Positions 38,750 through 48,100 of a stretch of DNA of 64,000 nucleotides are shown in pieces. A model generated the notes under the pieces. It saw only the letters and a program-made list of their open reading frames with translations, was not told the origin of the DNA and did no database searches. Source of the DNA: Nannocystales bacterium (GTDB taxonomy: Bacteria; Myxococcota_A; Polyangia; Nannocystales; Nannocystaceae); assembly GCA_050633305.1 (NCBI GenBank), contig JBOEGF010000008.1:96001-160000 (forward strand), read 5' to 3'. Position 1 is the first letter of the stretch. Every line of letters starts with the position of its first letter. Both the position numbers and the translations under genes were made by a program.

Positions 38750-40312
38750 ATGCATACGCGAACCTACCGACTGCTTGTCCTATCCCTTTCGATCCTCAGC
38801 ACCTCCGCTTGTACGGTCGACCACAACACCCCCCAGGCGGACACCGACTCGGACTCGAGCTCAGGCTCGAGTTCGAGTACGACCAGCAACGGCGACACAG
38901 GATCGGCAGAGGGCGACTCCACCGGCCCCGGCGAAACAGACGGCGGCGCAGCTCCGTTAGAGGAGGTCTTCGCGGACGCCGTGGCCGACGGGTTCTCGGG
39001 AGTCGCCCTGGTTCGCCACGAGGGGGAGATCGTCTTTCACGACGCGTCCGGGTTCGCATCCCGAGCCGACGAGGTTCCCAACACCCCCCAGACCCCGATC
39101 GTGATCGGGTCGATCACCAAGCAGTTCACGGGCGCAGCGGTCCTCCGATTCCGTGAGCAAGGAAGCCTCGAGCTCGACGCAACGCTAGGCGACTACCTGA
39201 CGGGGGTCCCGGCCGACAAAGCCGACATCACGCTCCACCAGTTGCTGACCCACACCGCCGGCGTCACCGGTTCCCTCGGCCCCGACGACGAAGAGGTTGG
39301 CAAGGATGAGTACCTGCAGCGCTTCTTCGACTCTGCGCTGGAGTCAGAACCGGGGACGTTCCACAACTACTCCAACGTGGGCTACAGCGTCCTGGCGGCC
39401 GTGCTCGAAGAGGTCTCGGGGAAGGGCTACCAGCAGATCCTCCACGACGAATTCTTCGAGCCTCTCGGGATGGACCACACGGGGCACTTGCTTCCGTCGT
39501 GGGATGGGCCGCTCCCCGCTATCGGCTACCTTGAGGACATGGCCGACGACCCTCTCGCTCGTCCCCATGACGCGCTCGGCTACTACTGGAATCTCCGGGG
39601 CAACGGCGGGCTGATCTCCACAGCGGAGGACTTGCTCCTGTGGGACGACGCTTTGAGTTCCCCCGGCATGGCCTTCGACGAGGAGTCTCTCGAACTCCTC
39701 ACCACGCCCCATGTCAGTGAAGGGACTGGAGCGCCGACGTTCTACGCATATGGATGGGTCATCGAGGAGACCCCGATCGGCTCTCTGGTGTGGCACGACG
39801 GCGGCAACGGCTTCTTCTACGGACACTTCTACCGGTACGTGGACGCGGACCTGCAAGTCGTCGTTCTTGCCAACGAGACGACTGACGCGGCGGACACGTT
39901 GACGCGCCAGCTCGCACAAGCCGTTCGTCCCGAGCTGACGCCCGAGACTTGGGAACTGCTCTTCCTGCAAGAAGGCGAACTCATGGACACGACCGACACG
40001 ATCGCGTTCGAAACCGACGTGCTCGAGGGCGAGACGCACGCGGTCGCGGTGTCTCTGTTCCTGACCGAAGGCGCGGGGCAATGGCAACTCCTCGACCCGC
40101 AGGGTGAAGCCGTCGAATCGGGCGTCGTCAGCCCAGATGCGCCGATCGATGGGCAGTTCATCGTCGAGGGAGATCCGGGAACGTGGCGACTCGAGCTAGA
40201 CGTCGACGGCGCCACCGGCGAGTTCCTGGCCGGCTGGGGCAGGCTGGTGGGCCAAGGCGCTCCCTGCCCAGAGGGTGCGCAGTGTGTGGAACTCCCCCCA
40301 CGAGCCCCTTAG
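38750..40312 (+). CDS. Beta-lactamase/AmpC-family serine hydrolase lipoprotein with C-terminal beta-sandwich
   Basis: Lipobox 'TSAC', linker, SxxK 'GSITKQF', 'LLTHTAG', YxN 'YSNVGY', 'WHDGG'. Confidence 0.88.
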   Translation: MHTRTYRLLVLSLSILSTSACTVDHNTPQADTDSDSSSGSSSSTTSNGDTGSAEGDSTGPGETDGGAAPLEEVFADAVADGFSGVALVRHEGEIVFHDASGFASRADEVPNTPQTPIVIGSITKQFTGAAVLRFREQGSLELDATLGDYLTGVPADKADITLHQLLTHTAGVTGSLGPDDEEVGKDEYLQRFFDSALESEPGTFHNYSNVGYSVLAAVLEEVSGKGYQQILHDEFFEPLGMDHTGHLLPSWDGPLPAIGYLEDMADDPLARPHDALGYYWNLRGNGGLISTAEDLLLWDDALSSPGMAFDEESLELLTTPHVSEGTGAPTFYAYGWVIEETPIGSLVWHDGGNGFFYGHFYRYVDADLQVVVLANETTDAADTLTRQLAQAVRPELTPETWELLFLQEGELMDTTDTIAFETDVLEGETHAVAVSLFLTEGAGQWQLLDPQGEAVESGVVSPDAPIDGQFIVEGDPGTWRLELDVDGATGEFLAGWGRLVGQGAPCPEGAQCVELPPRAP

Positions 40313-40454
40313 CGGCATCCGTCCGCCCACGCCCCGGAGCCTGCGTGTCGTGGTGCTCTGAACTTCGCGCGCGTCGTGGGGCCGAGCTTGGCCTTCGGAG
40401 CGAAAAGTCCCCGCGACGCCTGGTCAGGCGCGAGCACGCTGGTACCCTGCGACC

Positions 40455-41084
40455 GTGAGTTCGGCGCTCCCCCTCAAGTGTCGTTGCGGCAAGGTCCGCG
40501 GCAGCGTGGAACCGGTCTCTCCGTCGGTCGGCCGACGGGTCGTCTGCATGTGCGTCGACTGCCAGACCTTCGCGCGCTGGCTCGGAAACGAAGCCGACAT
40601 CCTCGATGATGTCGGCGGAACCGACCTCTATCAGACGACGCCCGCGAGGGTTCGAATCACCGAGGGGCACGACCAGGTTCAGTGCGCACGCCTCTCCCCC
40701 AAGGGCACGCTCCGGTTCTTCGCGGGATGCTGCCGGACACCCATCGCCAACGCGGCGCCGGGGCCCAGCATCCCCTTTGCCAGCATCTTTGGCGCATTCT
40801 CCGACCACGACGCCGCGGGCGTGTCCCGCGACGACGCGCTCGGCCCGGTTAAGCTTCGAATCCAGGCCAAGGGCGCAACCGGTCCGGCTCCCGCGGGCTC
40901 CCACGACACGATCGGCAAGGGGACGTTGGCGGGGATGGCCGTGGGTCTGCTGTGGGACCGCGTCTGCGGCCAGCACCGGCCCAACCCGTTTCGCAACGAC
41001 GACGGCTCTCTCCCGCGCGAGCCCGAAGTGATTCCCAAAGAAGAGCGTGCGCGCCTACTCGCGCAGTGCGGCCCCCAGAGCTAG
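40455..41084 (+). CDS. GFA/Mss4-like zinc-binding protein (DUF6151-like)
   Basis: 'LKCRCGKVRG', 'VCMCVDCQ', 'GCCRTPIAN'. Confidence 0.75.
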   Translation: MSSALPLKCRCGKVRGSVEPVSPSVGRRVVCMCVDCQTFARWLGNEADILDDVGGTDLYQTTPARVRITEGHDQVQCARLSPKGTLRFFAGCCRTPIANAAPGPSIPFASIFGAFSDHDAAGVSRDDALGPVKLRIQAKGATGPAPAGSHDTIGKGTLAGMAVGLLWDRVCGQHRPNPFRNDDGSLPREPEVIPKEERARLLAQCGPQS

Positions 41085-41121
41085 CCGCGGCCCAAGCCGC
41101 GGGCCCTGTTATCGTCGTGCG

Positions 41122-42195
41122 GTGCGGATCTTGTACGGCGTCGTGGGTGAGGGCATGGGGCATGCAACACGCTCGAGCGTGGTGCTGGAACACCTCCATG
41201 CCGCGGGGCACGACGTCCAGGTCATGACCTCGGGTCGGGCCAAGGATTTCTTGGCCGCCCGCTTCGAAGGTGTCCACGGGATCCACGGACTGCACTTCGT
41301 CACCGAACAAAACCGGGTCCGCATGGGCAAGTCGCTGTGGTCGAACGTGATCGCAGGTGTCTCCGGAGTGCCCCAAAACGTCCAGGCCTACTTCGACCTG
41401 ATCCACGAGTTTCGGCCCGAGATCGTCGTGAGCGACTTCGAGTCTTGGACGTACATCTACGCCAAGGCCCACGGTCTTCCGGTGATCAGCGTCGACAACA
41501 TGCAGGTCATCAATCGGTGCCGGCATCCCAAGGAGATCACGGAGGGCTACGAGGCTAGTTTCGACCTCGCCAAGGCCTTCGTGAAGTCCAAGCTTCCCTT
41601 TGCCAACCACTACCTCGTGACTTCGTTCTTCCGTCCGCCACTTCGGAAGAAACGCACGAGCTTGCTCCCGCCCATCCTCCGCCCCAGCATCCTCGAAGCC
41701 TCGCGCAGCGTGGGCGAGCACCTGCTCGTGTATCAGACCGCCGAAGGCAACGAGACGCTCGCCCAGACCCTCCAGGACACCGGCCTCCCCTGCCGTGTGT
41801 ACGGGATGCATCGGGGTCTCGACGAGGAGCTCATCGAAGGCAACCTCGTGCACCGACCGTTCTCCGAGTCTGGCTTCATCGAAGACCTCGCGAGCGCCCG
41901 CGCCGTGGTTGCTGGGGGCGGGTTCACGGTCATGAGCGAGTGCGTGTACCTGCGCAAGCCGATGCTCTCGGTCCCAATCCGGGCGCAGTTTGAGCAGGTC
42001 CTCAATGCCCGTTGGCTGGAGCGCCTGGGCTACGGGCGCTTTGCCAAGAACCTCCACGACCCCGCGGTCGTTCATGACTTCCTCGACGCCGTCCCCGGGT
42101 GCGAGGAGAAGCTGGCGGACTACACCCAGGACGGAAACCGCGACCTGCTGGCGGCTCTGGATGAACAGCTCGACCGCGCGGCTGCGGGGGTCTGA
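41122..42195 (+). CDS. MJ1255/VC2487-like GT-B glycosyltransferase
   Basis: 'RILYGVVGEGMGHATRS', 'VVSDFE', 'SVDN', 'GGGFTVMSE', 'QFEQVLNA'. Confidence 0.85.
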   Translation: MRILYGVVGEGMGHATRSSVVLEHLHAAGHDVQVMTSGRAKDFLAARFEGVHGIHGLHFVTEQNRVRMGKSLWSNVIAGVSGVPQNVQAYFDLIHEFRPEIVVSDFESWTYIYAKAHGLPVISVDNMQVINRCRHPKEITEGYEASFDLAKAFVKSKLPFANHYLVTSFFRPPLRKKRTSLLPPILRPSILEASRSVGEHLLVYQTAEGNETLAQTLQDTGLPCRVYGMHRGLDEELIEGNLVHRPFSESGFIEDLASARAVVAGGGFTVMSECVYLRKPMLSVPIRAQFEQVLNARWLERLGYGRFAKNLHDPAVVHDFLDAVPGCEEKLADYTQDGNRDLLAALDEQLDRAAAGV

Positions 42196-42202
42196 GGTTG
42201 CA

Positions 42203-42234
42203 CGGTGTCCCGTTTGTGCCCCGATGGGACACCG
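42203..42234 (+). terminator. GC-rich stem-loop downstream of glycosyltransferase gene (no U-tract)
   Basis: CGGTGTCCCGTT ... GATGGGACACCG, 12-bp stem with two G-U pairs, 7 nt after the stop codon. Confidence 0.45.
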
Positions 42235-42462
42235 GCCGATCGGTCCGCGCGGCGCGCGGCTGCACGCTGGTCCCGCACCCGGTCCGCGAGATACGCGGCG
42301 TAGGCTCAAAGACGTCACATCGTAGTTCAGCCGCTCCCATGGGACTTCTCTGACGCGAAACGCCTGCGAGGTCTCCGCGGGATCCGCAGAAACGACCGTC
42401 GATCACGTCGCCGCGCGGCGCGTCGCTTGCCCCGGGGACCGATCCGTGGGACAGGGGCGCCC

Positions 42463-43725
42463 GTGAAGTTTGATGCGCTGGGCCTGTGTGCCCCTATTCT
42501 CCGCGCCGTGACGGACGCTGGCTACACCGAGCCGACGCCCATTCAGCAGGACGCGATCCCCCCAGCGCTACAGGGCCGAGACGTCTTGGGTTGTGCGCAA
42601 ACCGGCACCGGCAAGACCGCCGCATTCTCCCTTCCCCTCCTTCAGCGGGTCGACCAGCTCGCCGGCGACGACCCCTGCGTCCGCGCCCTGGTGGTCACGC
42701 CCACCCGAGAGCTCGCAGCCCAGATCGGCGAGAGCATCGCGACCTATGGCAAGCACCTGGGCGACCTGTGGCACACCGTCATCTTCGGTGGGGTCAACGA
42801 GAAGGCCCAGATCAAGGAGCTCAAGCGCGGGGTCGACGTCATCGTCGCAACGCCCGGCCGCTTGCTCGACCTGATGAATCGCGGGTTCGTGGACCTCAGC
42901 AGCATCAACGTGTTCGTGCTCGACGAAGCCGACCGGATGCTCGACATGGGCTTCCTGCCCGACGTGAAGCGCATCGTCGCCAAGCTTCCCAAGAAGCGGC
43001 AGACGCTGTTCTTCTCGGCAACCATGCCTCCGGAGATTCGCGAGCTTGCCGAGAGCATGCTGCACGACCCCGTGTCGGTCGCCGTTGCCCCGGTGTCCTC
43101 CACCGCCGAGCGCATCGAGCAGCATCTGTACTTCGTCGACAAGTCGAACAAGCGCTCGCTGCTCGCGGAGCTGCTCTCCGACGGAAACATCAAGCGCGCC
43201 CTCGTGTTCAGCCGGACGAAGCACGGAGCGAACCGGATCGCGCAGTTCCTCGAAAAGCGCAACGTCGCCTCGGCCGCGATCCACGGGAACAAGAGCCAGG
43301 GCGCTCGGACCCGGGCTCTCGAAGGCTTCAAGAACGGCAACCTGCGTGTCCTTGTGGCCACCGACATCGCCGCCCGTGGCATCGACGTCGATGGCGTCTC
43401 GCACGTGATCAACTTCGATCTGCCCAACATCCCCGAGACCTACGTGCACCGCATCGGTCGTACGGCACGGGCCGGCAACTCCGGTATCGCCCTGTCCTTC
43501 TGTGAAGAGGAAGAGCGCGAGTACCTTGTCGACATCGAGCGGCTCATCAAGCGCCACATCCAGCGCATCGAAAGCCACGGGTTTGTCGCAAGCCAACCCG
43601 CTCCTCCGATGACCGACCTCGAGGGGCGCGGAAAGTCCGGAGGGTCGAACTCCGGCCGACGGAAGAGTGGCAGCCGGGGTCGAGGACGCGGGCGCGGTCG
43701 CGGCCGATCATCGGCGTCGCGCTGA
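42463..43725 (+). CDS. rhlE: DEAD-box RNA helicase (RhlE-like)
   Basis: Q motif 'PTPIQ', 'AQTGTGKT', 'PTRELA', 'TPGRL', 'DEAD', 'SAT', 'HGNKSQ', '[10 protein letters not shown]'; RG-rich tail. Confidence 0.93.
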   Translation: MKFDALGLCAPILRAVTDAGYTEPTPIQQDAIPPALQGRDVLGCAQTGTGKTAAFSLPLLQRVDQLAGDDPCVRALVVTPTRELAAQIGESIATYGKHLGDLWHTVIFGGVNEKAQIKELKRGVDVIVATPGRLLDLMNRGFVDLSSINVFVLDEADRMLDMGFLPDVKRIVAKLPKKRQTLFFSATMPPEIRELAESMLHDPVSVAVAPVSSTAERIEQHLYFVDKSNKRSLLAELLSDGNIKRALVFSRTKHGANRIAQFLEKRNVASAAIHGNKSQGARTRALEGFKNGNLRVLVATDIAARGIDVDGVSHVINFDLPNIPETYVHRIGRTARAGNSGIALSFCEEEEREYLVDIERLIKRHIQRIESHGFVASQPAPPMTDLEGRGKSGGSNSGRRKSGSRGRGRGRGRGRSSASR

Positions 43726-43848
43726 ACCGGGGCACGCGACGAATCGAGCCGCGGGGTCTCGTGGGCTTGGCCCGCTCCTCGAAGGGAGGCTCCGGCGACC
43801 TCGCACCTCGCCCCAGACACCACGCCGCAGCGGGTGGACCCGAGCGCT

Positions 43849-45153
43849 TCACTCAACGGGCATACGTGCGCCGAGGCTGGCCTTCGCAGCGGCACTTCGG
43901 GGGATCGCGTCAACCGCAACACCGCCCGCCAACACCGATGGCGTGCCGTCCGAGAGATCGACCCACGCCAGTGCCAACTCGGATCCAACGCGCTCCAGGT
44001 GAGGGAAACCGGCGCGGCGCGACGCCTCGGTCGACGCGACTCGCAGGGGCTCCGAGCGTTCCCCGGAGCGGTTCACGCGGCGGATCCGAATCTCGGCGGC
44101 CTTCTCGACCGCCTCGATCCACACCACCGCCACGGAGTCATCGTCCAGCCAAACGAGGTCGACTCTTCCCAGGGGGTTGCCATCGTCTACTGCGACAGGC
44201 CGCGAGAACGGGCGGTTCCCATCCGCGAAGGCGACATGGACAGCCCCCACTTTCGTCGCGCCGGAGAACCACGCGACGGCAAGCGCCTCGCCCCGCGCCG
44301 ACACCGATGGACCGTTGACCGGGCACCCGTCGATGCGCCAGTCATCAACCCCTACCCGGCGCCGCTGCTCGGGCCCAGGTCCGGCGAGCCAGATGTCTCG
44401 GACTTCATTCTCGTCGCGGTCTCGGTACGCGACAACTGGACCCCGGGGGGTTGCACTCGCGGCGGTTTGACAGCAGTCGCACACGCGCTCGTCCACGACC
44501 CGGCGGTCGATGATCCCGGACTCCGACACCGTCGCCGACCAGAGCTGCACGGCCCCGCCGTGGCTCGTCGTCGATGCCCTGCCGTCCAACCAGAATGCAG
44601 TGGTCGTGCCGCTGGGGTCGGCCGCCCATGAGATGAATCCGAACTCCGGGCCCTCCAAAGCGTCCGAGACGGGACCCGGTTCGACCCAAGAGCCATCGGG
44701 GCGGGTCCGAGACCATTGCAGGTCGTAGCCATGCTCATCGCGTCGCTGCGGCCAGGCCGCGATCCAACCGTACGAAGTGGGCACCACGCTTGGCAGGTCC
44801 GCCCAGTTCTGGAGGAGCTCGGGGTTGGAGACGACGGTCTTCGTGGGTCCCTCATGTCCCCATTGCCGGGCACGAAGGCGGTGCCCCTGGCCATCCGGCT
44901 CCAGCCAGCTCAGCACCGCGCCGGAAGCACCCGCCGTCAAGCGGGGCGAGCCGGCGCCCGGTCGGGTGTCGAGAAACACCGGCTTCATCGGGAGCTGGCC
45001 GATGCCCGGGGCTTCAGCCTCGACCACGGGAGCTTCCGCGGGCGCGGGTGCCTCTTCCTTCGCACAGCCGACAGGAGTCAGAGCCACCGCGAGCACAAAG
45101 CAGATTGCAGGGCAGCTCGAGGACACCCCCGTAGGGTGGCACAGGCGCGACAT
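43849..45153 (-). CDS. BNR/sialidase-like beta-propeller lipoprotein with CDCC and GCPVNGP motifs
   Basis: Lipobox 'PVGC'; 'NWADLPSV', 'WLDGR', 'VCDCCQT', 'YRDR...RDI', 'WRIDGCPVNGP', 'RRAGFP'. Confidence 0.7.
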   Translation of the reverse strand: MSRLCHPTGVSSSCPAICFVLAVALTPVGCAKEEAPAPAEAPVVEAEAPGIGQLPMKPVFLDTRPGAGSPRLTAGASGAVLSWLEPDGQGHRLRARQWGHEGPTKTVVSNPELLQNWADLPSVVPTSYGWIAAWPQRRDEHGYDLQWSRTRPDGSWVEPGPVSDALEGPEFGFISWAADPSGTTTAFWLDGRASTTSHGGAVQLWSATVSESGIIDRRVVDERVCDCCQTAASATPRGPVVAYRDRDENEVRDIWLAGPGPEQRRRVGVDDWRIDGCPVNGPSVSARGEALAVAWFSGATKVGAVHVAFADGNRPFSRPVAVDDGNPLGRVDLVWLDDDSVAVVWIEAVEKAAEIRIRRVNRSGERSEPLRVASTEASRRAGFPHLERVGSELALAWVDLSDGTPSVLAGGVAVDAIPRSAAAKASLGARMPVE

Positions 45154-45158
45154 GACAT

Positions 45159-48100
45159 TCACCCCGGAACGGGAACACCCAACGTCGTGCAGATCGACTC
45201 CAGGACGTCGCTTCTCCGACTCGCCCACGTTGCAGCGTCCACGTGCAGCACGGTCCATCCCCGGAGCCGGAGGACCGCAGGACGATGCACGAACTGCTCA
45301 AAGGCCGAAGCACCCACCGCCCCCTCGTCGGTCATGACCGCGAGCGTGTAGGCTTCCTCGCCGGACTTCCCGACCGCCAACGGGATGCGGAAGTCCGAGG
45401 TTCCCATGTGCAGGGCGCAGCGCAGGCCCGTGGACTCGAGCGCCAACATCACCTGACTCGCCAGGGGCAGATGGCCGTCGAGCTTGGACCCAACCGCGAG
45501 CGCCTCCGCGGCAGCACGAGGTGTTCCGCGCACACCATCGAGAATACGCTCGGCAACCTCGAACCGGCGCTTGGACAGGGCGTGCGCATAGTCGAGGTAT
45601 CCCTTGAACAGCCGTGGACCTGTGTGCATCGAGTTGCCAACACGCAGCAACGCGGGGTCGAAGGAGGACACCACGTAGCACTCCGCCTTGGCTCGCGAGA
45701 TCGCGACGTTGAGCCGCCGCTCTCCGCCGCGCTGCCCCAGCGGGCCGAACCGAGCCGGCACATACAGCTCGCCCTCCCCCCCGCGACGTTTGCGATGCAC
45801 GGGGGCGTGGCCCAGGGAGAACACGATGACGTCGCGCTCGTCGCCCTGGACCGACTCCAGGTTCTTCACAAACGGGCGCTCGTCCAGCTCCTCGTGGGTG
45901 CTCGCCGTCTGCCACAGTCCCGCGAAGGTATCGTCATCGTCGAGTCGGGACTCGATCTGGTCGAGGATCGCAGCGCGCTGCTTGAGGTTGAACGTCACCA
46001 CGCCCACGCTCGGCGGCTTCGGCCGCCCGAGTAGCTCCGCGAGCAGCTCGACCACGCGCGAGGCCTCCACATGGTTGACCCCGCTGTCGTACGCGCCGCC
46101 CTCGACAGGAAGCCAACGCAGCGCCGACTCACCATGGGGTCCTGACGTGGAAGGGATGGTGAGGAGGTCCCCTTCGTACATCGCGTGGTTGGAGAACGCG
46201 ATCAGCTCCTCCTCGCGGCAACGGTAGTGCCACTTCAGGCCAGCGTGTGGACACCGATTGCGGGTGAGCGAGAGCAGCGACTCGGCGGCGAACATGTCCC
46301 GGGTCTGGGCCTGCGCTTCGGTCAGGTCGTCGTCCTCGGTGCTGCTCGAGCTCGCCTTGAAATACGAGGTCGGCGGCATCTGCTTCTCATCGCCCGCAAC
46401 AACAACCTGTTTGGCTCGGAGAAACACCGGCAGCCCAGATTCGACCGTGCACTGCGACGCTTCGTCGAAGATCACCAAGTCGAACAGCGGTGCCCTCGGA
46501 AAGAGCACCGTCATCGTCTCCGGCGAAACCAGCCAGCACGGGAGGACGTCGAGGATTCCGTCGTCCGCGAAGTCGCGCACGAGTTGCCGAAGCGGCATCA
46601 AGCTGCGTGACTTGGACGTCTCCTTGAGGAGCGACTCCTTGACCTTCTGCTCCGGCGTTCGGCGAGCGCGGTACTCGGCGTCCGGGATGGACAGCAGGTC
46701 GGCCTGATCCAGCGTCGCATTGATGCCCTGAACCTCGAGATCCGCGATGTCGCTCTCCAGCGTGGCGAGCTTGCCGATCGCTTCTTCGGCCCGCTGCCCC
46801 TGCGCCGGGCTGCCCAGGTCTCCCAGCGCAGGCAGAAACGCCTCGAGACGGCGCAGGTGGGCGTCGCCCCACGCCCGCGACAGCCCTTCGCGCCATGCCC
46901 TTGCGTCCTCGTCTGGGCTCGAGGTCCGCAGTGCATCGAGCCACACCCGGGCATCCGCGTGCACGATGTCGGTCTGGGCAAGCCAACCGTCTGCCTCACG
47001 CAGGCGATGCCCGTCGGCGCGAAGACGCGTGGCAAACGTCGGAAGGGCATCCAGCTCCAACGAGCCCAGGAAGGCAAACCGGGCGACCGCAGGGGCAAGC
47101 GCAGCCCGGACCTCGTCGTCCGCACGACGCTGTGCCTCGCGATGTTCCAGCATGATGCGAAGCGCTGCGAGCTGGGCGGCGTTGCTCGGCGGAGCCAGGC
47201 CAAGCACGCCAAGTGCTTCGGCGTGGATCCGCACGACCGTCACAGCCTCGGCCGAGGCCCGAAGCGTCTCGACGCTGGTCTGCGCGGCAGCGGCATCCTT
47301 GGGGGTCAGCTCCGGACGACCAAGGCCTTCGAACGCGTCGCGAAGCGCCTCCCAGGCCGTCGCCGCATCGATCCTCTGTTGTAGCTCCCCGAGGAAATTG
47401 GCGCTGAAGCCATCGGCCGCGCGTTCGGGCCAAACCTTCGGCAATGCATCCCGGACCTCGCCTCGTGTCCGCCACCACAGCGGGGAGAAGAACCGAACCA
47501 GTCGCCCGGCAAAGCTACGAAGCACCGCCACGTTGCGGGTGAACGCGTCGGTTGGAAGTGCCAACGGCGTGCCATGGGTCGCGAGCGCCGTCGATTCCGC
47601 CGACCATGCCGACGTCACCGCTTCAACGTCGAGGGAAGCGCCCGACCACACGGCGCACACCAGCGCCTCCGCTTGCTCGGCGAGCTCGAGCAGTGTGCGT
47701 ACAGCCGCGATTCCGTCGGCGGCCATGTGCAGCGTCGCGACAGGCACCGGGTGTTGTTCCCGCAACGGCCTGGACGTCTCCGCGCGCGCGACCGAGTCCG
47801 CCGTGACGCGCTGCAGAACAGCCAAGTCCTCATCGCCGAGGTCTGCCAGGCTCGAACGCTCGCCCTGGCACCGCCACCACCCGGCCGGGTCCCAGAGTTC
47901 GCCGTAGGGGTGCAAGCGCTCGACCAGTTCCAGCAGGCGGGTGAGGCCCTCCCGCGGGAGGTCCACGAGCGAGGGAGCCTTCATTGGAGGGTCTCCCCCT
48001 GCGAGCAGGGCCAGCAGCTCGCCGACACACAGCCCCACCTGTGGGTCTACATGCGCAAGCGTGCTGCGGCGGGTCTCGAGTGTCGTTCTGGCCCGCTCGT

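Noticed and set aside
38750..40312. Calling the serine hydrolase an antibiotic-resistance beta-lactamase
   Set aside because: SxxK/YxN motifs are shared by many peptidases and esterases; substrate cannot be inferred
41085..41102. CCGCGGC-CCAA-GCCGCGG hairpin as a REP-like element
   Set aside because: Single short copy; no repeats noticed elsewhere in the window
43666..43705. GGNCGN repeats at the end of the helicase gene
   Set aside because: They encode the ordinary RG-rich tail of DEAD-box helicases
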